Both the position numbers and the translations under genes were made by a program. DNA of 63,011 nucleotides, counting the filler, from Phoronis australis (taxonomy: Eukaryota > Animalia > Phoronida): the NCBI GenBank assembly GCA_002633005.1. It is 6 parts of 6 records of this genome, joined end to end, with 100 filler letters (N's around TTAATTAATTAA, not from the genome) between each part and the next. Parts side by side here need not be neighbours in the genome. Positions count along the whole stretch, not along the records: positions 1 to 22,477 come from NMRA01001389.1; 5 more parts are not named here. The stretch is one strand, 5' to 3'. The notes beneath the pieces are model-generated. The model was not told where the DNA came from. It made no database searches and worked only from the letters and a program-made list of their open reading frames with translations. Numbering within the stretch: the first letter of the stretch is position 1; the number at the start of each line of letters is the position of its first letter. Shown in pieces: positions 1 to 12,025 of this stretch.

Positions 1-535
1 GTGTTGTAGTTATTGAATCAAGCCTAACTTCATTGCGTCATTTTCATTTTGACACTTTTGTTCATCAAGCGACACCCTTGAGCTACGCTCCCAGACAACC
101 AGCGATTTCCCGGCAAAATTGTCAACAAACGCGACAGTCATTTTTATACGCAGCGATCCGTGGCCTGGCAAGATACAAAGAATAGTCTGGCCTCTGACAT
201 CTTTTCTTATCCATTCTTGGAACCATATTGGATAACCGATCAAACTACATTGTACATGCAACGAGTTTTCTTCAACAAGCTATTTATGGGTGTTAAAATC
301 ACGTTGCAATATTTTACAGAAAGAAGTGGCATTTGGTTTCTGAGTATATGTTCTGTAAATATAAATGAAGAGTTTAGCCCCAATTAGCAAGTGTTTTTAA
401 TTTGGAAACACTCTGGGTTTTTAGAATTAAAAAGTATTTTTAGCCTGTCAGATATGCAAGAAATTGATTATTTATGAATTGAATTTAACAGCGGAGTTGC
501 AAAAATTTTTAGTGGCAGCATAGGCTGTAGTACAT

Positions 536-1121
536 GAACCGCCAACTCCATGTATTTCCATCGGACGAAATCTGTGATCTTACGCATATGGCGTGACGTC
601 ATTATTCACTAGCGACACCTGGCAAAATTAGCAAGTTTTACTTCCGGAAAGTACGCCGTCTGCTAAATCATGGTCGGCTGTCGTGTGGTCGGGTGTTCGT
701 CCACACAGGTAAAATGTAAAAGACTAAGTTTACTCAGCACTGAAGTTTGAATGTTGCAATTACATGATCAATAGAATTGTCAAAAGTACTCGCGATACCA
801 ACAGTTCAACTATTGGAAGACAACGTGTCATTGTCCGACGGTCAAAGTTATTTATTTCGTTGTACTAGACAGGAAATTAGATGCAAGAATTTCCCGTCAC
901 AATACACTAACCAGAAACTGAAATTGGTAATTTATGAGGGTGGCAACCCGTTTTGGATATTTCGCAAGAAAATGTCGGAAATGCGAATCTGTTGTCTATA
1001 ATCAATGGTGGCAGTAAATTCCACATCAATAACCAACAACGGAACAAAAGAATGCAAACAAATGCTACGCATGCGCGGCACATCCTCAGCAGCGCGAAAT
1101 CGAAGTTGGCATTCCACGGTT
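536..1121 (+). mobile_element. Degenerate non-autonomous DNA transposon with THAP N-terminus relic
   Basis: ATG at 670 reads MVGCRVVGCSSTQVKCKRLSLL, resembling the MxxCxVxGC start of THAP domains. Imperfect inverted ends aaccg..ccaact (about 536) and agttggcattccacggtt (about 1103-1120). Confidence 0.35.
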
Positions 1122-1310
1122 AGAATTCTATCATGTGACTAATAACACTAAAGTGATTCTGTATTGAAAAGTGGAGGACACGTTTCGCAATGGAGTACCA
1201 AAATTGCTATCAAAGCTTATCCACGTCCAGACGACTCAAATAAACCGAGATTTGAAGGCAATGAAAGAGTGTCGTTGAGACCACTTGGTGACCTTTCTCG
1301 ACTTTTGTAG

Positions 1311-4300
1311 GTTCTACATGCCACACGGACTAACGGTCGACAACGAGGGTTATATCTGGGTCACAGACGTTGGAAGACATCAGGTAAAGGTTATGGCCAG
1401 GTTTCATTAATCTCAAGATGATCTCGTTTAGCAGCCCCTGTATAAGCATTAAACACCTGACTCCGGTGTATTTTAAAAAAGCTCAACATAAAAAAATGTT
1501 TTTTCTAACCTAAGGGGATTCGACACTGACCAATCACGTGCGATCGCCTTTGGAAAACAGTTCACAACCACAATATGGACGGTTTTAGAATGTTGGCTTT
1601 TGACCCTAAGAAAACATGTCCGCAGTCAGACATGAGCTTGAAGATAAAAAGGCAAATCAGATGTTTGTGGAACTTGCACATTACGTTTTTCTGTTCGTCG
1701 TTTGCCTTAATGCACATTCGGTCAAGCCCATGAATAGCGACTAGTTCGCTTCAATCTATTACGGCGACACCAAGCCTTTGACGAGCCAAGGGATTCGCTG
1801 GATACTTTGGGGAGAATAGTGTTCGCTTTCTCGTCCACTGCCGTACAAATCCTGTAAGCGTTTAAGATTTGCATAATGTCTTCGTGAGATATTGTCATGC
1901 ATTACAAGCGAAGCACGCGTGGTCATACTAGCTTTTCCGCGTGAATGTCTTGGGTCTACGGAACCTAGCCCAGTTTTCGTTTCGTTAGCCTACCCTTTGT
2001 CACAGAACCGTCCTGTAGAGTGACCCTTTAAAATGATGACGCACGAGCTCGAAAGTACCCCTGGCTTTGTTTCACGGAAGCTTAAGTCTCATGTTCGATT
2101 GTTGGCATGACGTCAACAACATTGTTCAACAACAGCAATGTGACATGTGATGGAAGGAAAAAGTACTTATTCGCAAGCTAAGAGAGTTCGCTGTCGATAC
2201 CGTTTCACTGATGATCAGGCTTCGCGCATGCGCCTTTACAGTTGTTCGTGCTTAGGGGCCAGACCAGCATTCCAAATGACTGAATAAAGATACGCGTAAC
2301 TGTTTTTGATTTGAAGACTGTGTATTTAGATTTAACCCTTACATTGAACATACACCACGAGAGTTGGAATATTCAGTTTCAATGCAAATGATTCCAGAAC
2401 CTTACTGACTCAGGTATTGCGTTTTTCACACCTGGGTGCACTACGTGTGACTAACAACTAACCTTTACAGTTTTACCTGCGTATCAGTGTAATAACTTAG
2501 TCATTGGATAAGCTGAGTAGCCTGACTGAAAGTCAATGATTCATGGGTACAGTATTTCCTTTCAGCCAATCTACAATCACCCTTGATTTTTACTGACTAT
2601 CCTTTTAAAGGCGAAGGCAACCTTTTTCCATGTCATTTTGAGCTAAAATAAGGTTGGTTGGTTATTCTAGACATATTTTTCACTTAATTACAGCTTTTCG
2701 TAATTTTATTAATTATTCGTCCGCTTTTCCGGAAGTGACGTTTTAGGAGGCAAGCGCTTCCCGCCAATTTCTTTTCACATAGTCTGACTGTGAGAGCTGC
2801 CGAGTCAGTCATTGTTCTACCTCNNNNNNNNNNNNNNNNNNNNNNNNNNNNNNNNNNNNNNNNNNNNNNNNNNNNNNNNNNNNNNNNNNNNNNNNNNNNN
2901 NNNNNNNNNNNNNNNNNNNNNNNNNNNNNNNNNNNNNNNNNNNNNNNNNNNNNNNNNNNNNNNNNNNNNNNNNNNNNNNNNNNNNNNNNNNNNNNNNNNN
3001 NNNNNNNNNNNNNNNNNNNNNNNNNNNNNNNNNNNNNNNNNNNNNNNNNNNNNNNNNNNNNNNNNNNNNNNNNNNNNNNNNNNNNNNNNNNNNNNNNNNN
3101 NNNNNNNNNNNNNNNNNNNNNNNNNNNNNNNNNNNNNNNNNNNNNNNNNNNNNNNNNNNNNNNNNNNNNNNNNNNNNNNNNNNNNNNNNNNNNNNNNNNN
3201 NNNNNNNNNNNNNNNNNNNNNNNNNNNNNNNNNNNNNNNNNNNNNNNNNNNNNNNNNNNNNNNNNNNNNNNNNNNNNNNNNNNNNNNNNNNNNNNNNNNN
3301 NNNNNNNNNNNNNNNNNNNNNNNNNNNNNNNNNNNNNNNNNNNNNNNNNNNNNNNNNNNNNNNNNNNNNNNNNNNNNNNNNNNNNNNNNNNNNNNNNNNN
3401 NNNNNNNNNNNNNNNNNNNNNNNNNNNNNNNNNNNCTCCTAAAACGTCACTTCCGGAAAAGCGGACGAGTAATTAATAAAATTACGAAAAGCTGTAATTA
3501 AGTGAAAAATATGTCTAGGATAACCAACCAACCTTATTTTAGCTCAAAATGACATGGAAAAAGGTTGCCTTCGCCTTTAATCACCATTATACTCTGGAAA
3601 CCCCACTCGTTTGACTAAATTCCAAAATACCGCTAAATCCGGCTGCACACATGGAACCAAGAACAACACGTATTTACACGGACATTAAGATGTCGCGCGC
3701 CTGCTACGTTCAGAAAACGGAATAATTGCATTCGCCCAGATATAGAAGTATTAGCCTTATTAAAACTTGATCGATAATGTGAACGCTAAAGGAAGAAACA
3801 TCAGAAGTGACAGTTTTAATGCCTAAATGATTTTTGGGGATGTTCTAAGATTTGAAAATTATAAAGTGATATTTTTGTTACAAAATTCATGTGTGTAAAA
3901 TTCATTTGGCACCAGTCGACTAGCAGCTTTACACTGCGTAGCCCATTTTGAGTGAAGAATGTTAAGTATGACGAAGACGATGATGGCGATGACGATGAAC
4001 GGTAGGTGGCGCTGGGAACAATTTACGGAGTTTTTGTTCTTTTTGTTAGTTGATTGCTTTGTTCTGCATACTGTGATCACAAGCGCTTGGGTTTATCTGT
4101 TCCTCGATCGCAAATGACGTCACTCAATAATATATATAAGAAAACATAAAGGTTGGACACTTAAACTTTGCCAAGCCGAGGTTCCCAACTTCAACTTCTG
4201 CTTGTCATGATCAAGTAGTCGAGGGATTGACGATGAAAGCCGCGCGAAATAAGACTTTCGGATTTAGCTCGGGAGCGTCCGTCAAAAACCCGGATGTGCG

Positions 4301-7300
4301 AAGCCCGTCTGCCATGACATCAGGGAATCACTTCCTTGAATTTGTGATTTTGGCATTCTTTTGGCATTTTTGCCGCCAAATCACCACTCGAAGGCAATTT
4401 GAAGAGATCGAATGAAAGAAAGTATTCTAAGAGTTGTCCGATGCTAGTTTCGTGGAGTTCCATGCACATTTGAGTAGAAAATTCTGAGCAAACAGATTTC
4501 GAGTGTCCAACCTTTATGTTTTCTTATGTGTATTATTGAGTGACGTCATTTGCAATCGAGGAACAGATAAACCCAAGCGCCTGTGACTGTTACTAGCATA
4601 TAAAAACGAAACACTTCGGATTAGCGCCATCTAGTGGGTACTACATTTAAATACCACATTGTTCAGGAACTCGACACGAACTCACGAATAATCACGGCTG
4701 CATGCCGATTCACAGTTTATGTAAACATGCAGTGTTGCTTAACGTCAGTTTACGGGAATTTGTTACTGAAAGTTTATTTCAAAGGACACGTATATCCCAA
4801 CAGTTGTATGTTTCGCCATAACCGTGGTTGTGAACATTGTTAATTCCTTCCATTGTGTAATTTAACATAGGCATGTCTAATTGTGCTACCATGATGGAAA
4901 CGATGTCTTTTTTGTGAACACAATTGTATCTCATTGAGAAAATTACTCCATCAAAATATCACTAACTATATGTGCAGGTATATAATAAAGAATCGTAGTG
5001 AGTTGATACCTAACCAAATGGATGTATATATTTTGACACGTATTTCGGAGAGACTGGTACAGTAGGTCCGTTGACAAGTTACAAACTGTACAAAGTTGAC
5101 TGCTTCAATAACTGAAGCTGCGGTTCATTGCCATCAATTGACAATCTTTGAGGACCAAGACCATGTTGTATTGAATTATATTTATCAATTTGTCTTAATA
5201 AACGATAAGTTGATTCATTACGTCGTCGACAGCCTCTTGTGTCTGGAACAGTGGCAGGTACACACGTCTATTCACAGTGCCCGAGAAATCGCCGGAGACC
5301 AGTTTGGACAGGCGCTTCGTCATCTCACTGAAAAATCTAAATGAGTCTAAAAAGCTTTGTCATTCCCTTCCGTTTTGACCGTAGGCTACCACAAAATATT
5401 TCCACCGCATTCATCTGTACATAGTGTTTCATACTACACAGTTCACGTTTCCAGGTAATTAAACTAGAGAAGCAGAATAAGGATGGATCACCGGAAGTAC
5501 ATGAGGTACTAACTCTTGGCGAGAAGTTCGTTCCCGGAAACGACAGAAAGCACTTCTGCAAGCCGACAGCGATCGCCATCTTATCAGACGGTGACTTCTT
5601 TGTTGCCGACGGGTTCGTAAACCTATCCAGCTTCTGGAATAATCCCATAACGCGCTTAGTTCTATTTTTGTACAAATTTTCTGTCCTGCATGTGGAAGTC
5701 AACAACATTGGCTGTATCGCTAGTTAATCACTCACCGTTAACTCTCATTATTTTGACTTCATGCTGGAAAAGGATTTCAAGTTTACTTGGTAGTAATATT
5801 AGCTACAGTAATTCATGCAGTTTTACTGTGCATTTGCGAACACCATGTCGCATGTAAGAACTCATTTACTGCTACAATGTATATTGAGAGCTGTAAAGGT
5901 AATGGGACTAATACCTCGGGACACGCTGTTTATCACAATGACCAAAGTCGAATGGTTTCCAGAAATTTCGATTCCATTACACAAAGTTGAGTCGTGACAC
6001 TTCTTTCGTGATAGAGTTGCACTGTGGTCGGAATGGCGACCATACATGTAGGTACTACTGTTGGCTAATAATTCACTTCTTTCTCATGTTATCTTACTTT
6101 GAAGCTGGCCGCTTCTAGTCCATGTAATCATCGCTCAGTATAACTTTCACCGAGGCTGCGCGTGCACATGTTGAACTCACAGCTGGCGTGCGTTCAGTAA
6201 CGCTAGGACCTACGCTAGGACCTGTCTAAAATCTAGCCAAAGCCACGTGTTCTCATTTAAAATACACGCTAATTTCTCACGTAATCCCGCGAAGTCTTGC
6301 TTTTTAGCGTGGTCCTAGTGTTACTGAACGGGAGGCTAGTGTGCCTTTTTTGAAGCACGCATGTAGTGATTGCCCTACTCTTCCAAAAAACTGGGGTCCT
6401 GGCAATGAACCCACCTACCAATATTATTGGGGTGTATTTGAATTTGCTGGGCTCCATGATACGTAGTCCCGAAACTTTTAAAAACACACTAGCAAAGAAT
6501 GTGACAAGCTTTTATTTTTGACTCGTCTGATTTGGCGCCATTTTTTGTCAGTGTTATTGAGTCTACCCCATATCCGAACAACTGTGAGGAGGCACTGAAC
6601 AGTTCTCACAGGGATTTGCCTAGCAGAACACACGTCGATGGACTCTTCACCCATTCTTCACTCTGTCAAAAACTGCATGCAAATAAAGAAAAGTTTTGAG
6701 TCAGTTTACATCACAAGCCCTGAAGATGAGCACAGATACTCTATTCTCTCTTTGACCCTTTCACTCCCAGTGGAAACCAAGCTGGACTAAGAAATATAAG
6801 GCCAAAAATGCAAAATCGGCACTTTTCACCCCAAAACCACCACTTCCCTGCCGATGCTCTACCGAACCTTACATTAGATTCCGAAAGCAAATTTCCTACC
6901 GATTCCAAAAATGTAACCCAAAAGTACTGTCAACCAACTACTAGTAGTTTTTGCAACAGGGGGCCACCATCTTGAAGAAGAGTGCAGCTACAGCCGAGAA
7001 AGTGGCCTTTTTCATTCTCAGCATGTTCACAAATACAAACAAACCACATTCACTTGACCTAGGCCTATATACAATACCTAACTAAAAATGCCCCCAAGCC
7101 TGGCCTACCCATCGATTTTAATATTTTGGCATTGCAAATAGGCCGCGGCCGCAGTCTGTTCAGTGCCACCTAACATAACAGGATGTATATGTACTGACCT
7201 ACAGTGCGGTGACCTACATTGTACTTACGGAACAACGATGCCGTGCCTTTGGCTTCAGAAAATGAAACAATCTGGAGGTGCAGTTATGAAAGAAAGATTT

Positions 7301-10300
7301 GGCATGGTAATCACAGAAAAAGCGAATGATTTTCATTTGTTCTTAGTTTTATTAGTCTCAACAAAAGTTGCCTCCATGGTGACGCACTCATCAAGTCAAT
7401 TTGCGTCGGGCGAACACTGCGTTTGCAATCCAGTTGTCGCCCAGTGCACCACAACTAGACGAAAATATAGTATACGATACTTTTTCCAAAAAACAAACTT
7501 GACCTAACTGGTTCTGTTCTGCCAATGGTTTCCTATGATGTGTCTTATGGATTACGAATTTTGTACTTACAGGTACTGTAATGACAGGCTTATCAGGTTC
7601 TCAGCTGACGGTCAAGTTCAGATTGTCATCGACTATCTCATGCATCACGAATCCTTTGCAATTCCTCACAGCCTGGCTCTGAATGAAAATATGTTCGAGT
7701 TGTGCGTGGCCGATCGAGAAAACGAGAGGTAATGCACGGTGAATTTGAATGGCGTTCAATCCATGCATAAATTGCTATTTAACCTTTCAAACATTTCTGG
7801 TGGCCCGTGGTTGAACCTGCCCGCCCCCTGCCGACCTTCACGATATGTAGATGCCCTTACCGTCAATCATAATTGATCAATTTGATCACATGATAAAGTT
7901 ATGAAACTGGTTTCATCTTGTTCCTTTCTCAGACCATAGACCCTGTGCAGCAAATCTGATACTCCGATGTCTTCTGATACAATTTCCAGAGCAGGCGCTG
8001 CTCTTTCTCAAATAAAAGCCAGTTTCTGCTTAGTGTACTGACGAAAAACTTGCCAGAAGTAAAACATGGCGCCGCTAATGAGTGGTTTTAATCGCAGGTT
8101 TGCTCAAAAGATCACAATTTTTGTGCACTGAGAATATACTTAGTTGGGGCCAGTGTAGTATGGTCTATACTCAGACCATAGAGGATTCATATGATTAAAA
8201 AAATGCGCTTTGTTTTTAAGCGAGACTAGGCTCAATCAGTTGGCGGTCATTTTTGCGCCGAGTATAACCTGTACTCGAGCACTAACGATCTGTCAGTTCT
8301 TCCAAGCTCCAAAGTTACACCTAATCTAAGTAAGGAAATAGTTGACAACAGGTTGATAGCGGTAGTTGGTCAAAAGTTAATTTCTTTAATGGCCGGCGCA
8401 GGTATATGGTACCTCAATTTAAACGACACAAATTAATAATAGATACTTCGACTTGTGAGTTGAAATGTTTTTATTGTTGTTTACATTTTATTACAGAATC
8501 GTTTGCATCGATATTCTAGGACACCCCGAGAGAAGACCCATCAACGTCAGCCCTATTCGACCATACGCCATAGCATATGACAGCTTTGGTACGTGCGATA
8601 TGTTGAAACCAGGCTTCGTACTTAAAGTGCTGCACATGTATAACAATTGTCTCCTGCCACCTGCTTCAGTTAAACACTTTAATCATTGAAATGATTTTTC
8701 ATACGAAAGCGGCCTCTAATTTTATTATTTTAATAACGAACCTGTCGCAAACATAGTGGCTTGTCACACGAAATTGCCCTGGCGTTATAGGCCCTACTAG
8801 TATTCACTAGTGTCGAATTTTCCAAACTTGTTATCGTTTCAAGAACCCCCATTTCTGATTTCCAAGATGCTGCGTAGGCCTGAATTGTCCACCGTCACCC
8901 CTTACCCACCATTTGGAAGGAAACCTTCCACGAAAAGACGCAAGGAAGCAACCGCCAAACTAGTATAAAAACAATCCTCGAATAACAGCGAGTAAAGTCA
9001 CTAATCAGATATAATTTTAATCACCTACTGTAGCTCATAGTTTAAACCAGCATGATTCCTGCGCCGTGAGTTAAAGGCATACTGTTCTGGATATAGCTTC
9101 TGAATTCAGAATAAATCACCATCCTGCATTTACGTACTTTCATTTCTAGAGAACGTGTACCACGTAGTTGGAGAGGATATGTACCATACTGCCCAGGGAT
9201 TGACAATTTCTTTAGAGAATGAGCCCGTGATTGATGTCTGGGAGAGCGACATGGTAAGCTGAAAAAGTTTTCAAAAGTTTGTGGAGGAGACATTTTCTTC
9301 TTTCTAGCTACCTGCATAATACACCCGGAACTAACTTTTTGAACCAGACACAGAATGAATCTCGAACCTTTTCTCTTTATTTCAAGTAACTAATGACAGT
9401 GGCTCGTCGGTAGGAATCGCTGTCAAAGACCATGACTGTCAGAGCTGCTCAACCTGTCCCAGATAGAGATGCTTTCCATCTGTACATAAAAATTTTGATC
9501 GCGGCCTCGCTAACGTGAGATACCGCAACAAGTGGAAAATTGTGCCAATTTTCCACCCACGTTTTGACATGAATTTTTTGAATTCACAAATCTGTTATTC
9601 TGCTTATGGTCAATTTTATGCGCCCACATATTTATAGGTGATTGTATATTGACTACATCTCTGTCATGCGTCCGGACGTCTGGGCGTCCGGGCGTCCGTC
9701 ATCAGGCGTCCGCAGCTACATCTTCTAAACCCCTTACGGGTTCTTGATGAGACTTGGCACATGTGTTCTTATGAAGCTGATGGCAACGGAGGTTGACGAA
9801 TTTCGGACGGATCCGACAATTGATATACCCCCAAGTGGCGATTTTAGTTTTTTACGAATTCGAGGTATATTGCGCAACCTAGTGGCCATTGTTACTGTTT
9901 TCGAGTCCGTTTTTTGCGCCCACCCCTCTATCAACCAAACCACTTTAAGGACGATTGTGAAAATTGGCATATGCGTTTTTAGTACGAAGAGGACAGTTTA
10001 CAATGATTTTCCGACGAGTTCGACTACTGTGGCGCCTGCTAGTGACAGTTTCGTTTGTTTGCGCCCGTAACTGTATATGCGAAGACCACCTGCAGGATCT
10101 TTATTAAATTTAGCAAGTGTATTGATATGAAGTTGACAACGCACGACGACGACTTTCGAACGGATCCAACGATTGTTGTACCCCCTAATGGCAACTTTAT
10201 TTTCTTTGGTAATAACTTGCTATTAAGGAAACAATGACATGTTGCCGTTTTCGGATGGATTCGAGGCATTTTGAGCCATCTAGTGGCCATTTGCACTGTT

Positions 10301-12025
10301 TTTGAATCCTTTTTTGGCGTCTACCCCTTTTTCAACCATTCCAATCTAAGGAGGATTGTTAACATTGGCATATGTGTTCTGAGTGGAGCGAGGACAGTTG
10401 ACGATCATTTTCTGACGACTTCGACTACTGTGGCGCCTCCTAGTGGCAGTTCTCTTAACTGCGTCTCCTAAACCTACTGCAGCATGTTAATTAAATTTAG
10501 CAAGTGTATTTATGTTTACAACCAACGATGGCGACTTTCAGACGGATCCAACAATTGCTGTGTCCCCTACTGGCATTTTCTTTTTTTTCCGTTTTCCTCT
10601 GTTTCTCTGAATCCCCTTGAAATGTGGTAAATAGCTTTCAATTAAGAAATGACATGTTCTCGTTTCGGATGGATTCGACGTACTTTGCGCCATCTAGTGG
10701 CCACTTTTATTTTACAAATAAGCACCCCTAAACACACACCATTTACGGTGCATTTGTGGGCGCACTTCAACACTCCACTCTGCGTTGCTCTTGATTGTTT
10801 TTAAGTGACTGTTTACGCAGTCAAATTGTTTTATCACAAAATCCCTGCAAAACTGAATAACAGCCCCTGCAGCTAGCCACTTTCTAGGCACTATTGTGGT
10901 TACCAACGTCTATCAGCACGACCTGTTGCTCTTTCACGTACCTTCAGCCGGTATGTACGTCTTACCTGAGGTTTCCGAAAGAAATATTCCCACTAGGGTT
11001 ATCTGGAACAGGACGTTAAAAATACCAATGGGCTCTGTTAATGCGTCTAACACATCTATAAGTGTTTTCAAAATTCGTTCAAGTTGACATTTGTTTAATT
11101 TTTGATCCCAGAAAGACTGTTGAAATATTTCAAATGCATTACATGCATCAAAGCTTCACCAGAATCTTTTATACATTTAGTAGTGAAGCCTCCACTAAAG
11201 TGAAACCCACCTCCCTCTTGTAATATGCTTTTAAATCCAACGACAGAAAGAGGGCGTTGCGGTCGAAAATGGAAGACCCCGAAAGCGCTATTTCCAGGGA
11301 ACCCCTTGGGCTCCTTGAATGCAAAATCATTTTGGCCGTTGCTAAGATTATTGGAGGCAGCATGGTTTACGGAGAAGTGTGTCCGCTTCAATTACTCAAG
11401 TTCGTGGGTTCGAGACCAACTGGGGCACACTGCTAGACCCATGAGCCAGGCAACTAGCTCCTCAACTCGGTTTTATCTATATTTTAATAAAGCATTAACA
11501 TGGTTCCAGGTGATCAGTGCAATGGACTCATAATATATAATAATTGCAGGCGGTCTGATACACGTTGTACCAGACGTGCGCAGGCCTCGCATGTGGGCCC
11601 ATTGCACTGATCACCTGGAAATATTTTTATGCTTTATTAATATATAGTTAAAACCGAGCTGAGGAGCTAGAAACCTGGCTCAAGGGTTTAGCAGTGTGAC
11701 CTGGTAGAACTTGAACCCACGACCTCGAGTAATGGAAGCGGGCACTTATCAACCAGGCCACACTGTCTCCTCATGGACTCACCTGAACGGCCTGCGTACG
11801 TCTCGTACAATGTGTAACAGACCTCCTACAACTATTTCATATTGCTAAGATTGGGAAAAGTCATATCGCATCGACGATTTGTTGAAAGTATTCGTTACAT
11901 GCTTCATTTAACAATTTCAGCCTGACAAGCCTCATGCTATCGCCGCCAGTGGTGACGAAATTTTCGTGGGTGGATTGGACGAATCACCAAGATTGGTCAA
12001 GATGGACGTACACGGGTGGCGCTGA
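1311..12025 (+). CDS. PAL: Peptidyl-alpha-hydroxyglycine alpha-amidating lyase (PAL / PAM lyase domain, NHL beta-propeller), 5'-partial, multi-exon
   Basis: Phase-consistent GT-AG exons: 1311-1383 (FYMPHGLTVDNEGYIWVTDVGRHQ), 5455-5612 (VIKLEK...LGEKFVPGNDRKHFCKPTAIAILSDGDFFVADG), 7573-7728 (YCNDRLIRFS...IPHSLALNENMFELCVADRENER), 8497-8588 (IVCIDILG...PYAIAYDSF) and last exon 11921-12025 (PDKPHAIAASGDEIFVGGLDESPRLVKMDVHGWR*). A linking exon 9387-9409 (VTNDSGSS) is tentative. PAL motifs PHG, FCKPT, DGYCN, PHS, DREN and PH(D/A)I are all present. Upstream exons were not resolved. Confidence 0.88.
2609..3576. mobile_element. Kolobok-like MITE with TTAA target duplication
   Basis: About 140-bp near-perfect inverted arms AGGCGAAGGCAACC.../...GGTTGCCTTCGCCT, flanked by TTAA at 2605-2608 and 3577-3580. 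The middle is an N gap. RR...YY termini plus a TTAA TSD fit Kolobok. Confidence 0.75.
4077..4586. mobile_element. Foldback MITE (about 510 bp)
   Basis: About 85-bp inverted arms tcacaagcgcttgggtttatctgttcctcgat...ggttggacact / agtgtccaacc...aacccaagcgcctgtga, with CAC...GTG termini and TGACGTCA in each arm. Confidence 0.8.
9614..10800 (+). mobile_element. Helentron-associated interspersed element (HINE / DINE-1-like) with internal tandem array
   Basis: T-run plus subTIR tgcgcccaca (about 9619); a (GCGTCC)-type microsatellite at 9670-9710; three ~350-380 bp units (cggatcc landmarks at 9808, 10161, 10543); 3' subTIR tgtgggcgca (10755-10764); then a short hairpin and T-rich end. Confidence 0.7.
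11350..11841. mobile_element. Composite insertion of two inverted tRNA-derived SINE-like units with 11-bp TSD
   Basis: Unit A 11353-11533 (+; B-box ggttcgagacc 11407-11417) and unit B 11592-11770 (-) are diverged inverted copies. A 46-bp module occurs inverted at 11541-11586 and 11789-11834. Direct repeat TTGCTAAGATT lies at 11339-11349 and 11842-11852. Confidence 0.7.

Noticed and set aside
95-210. VIFIRSDPW as an upstream PAL exon (cf. VIFHRGD.W)
   Set aside because: Weak similarity and no compatible donor site found.
2790-3501. Long ORFs made of X (also 53399-53983)
   Set aside because: Open only because they cross N gaps.
6718-6745. Hammerhead start ctgaagatgag...ctc
   Set aside because: The GAAA box and stem III are missing.
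9734-10471. Mutually similar ORFs (FRTDPTI..PP)
   Set aside because: They derive from the tandem core of a non-coding HINE.
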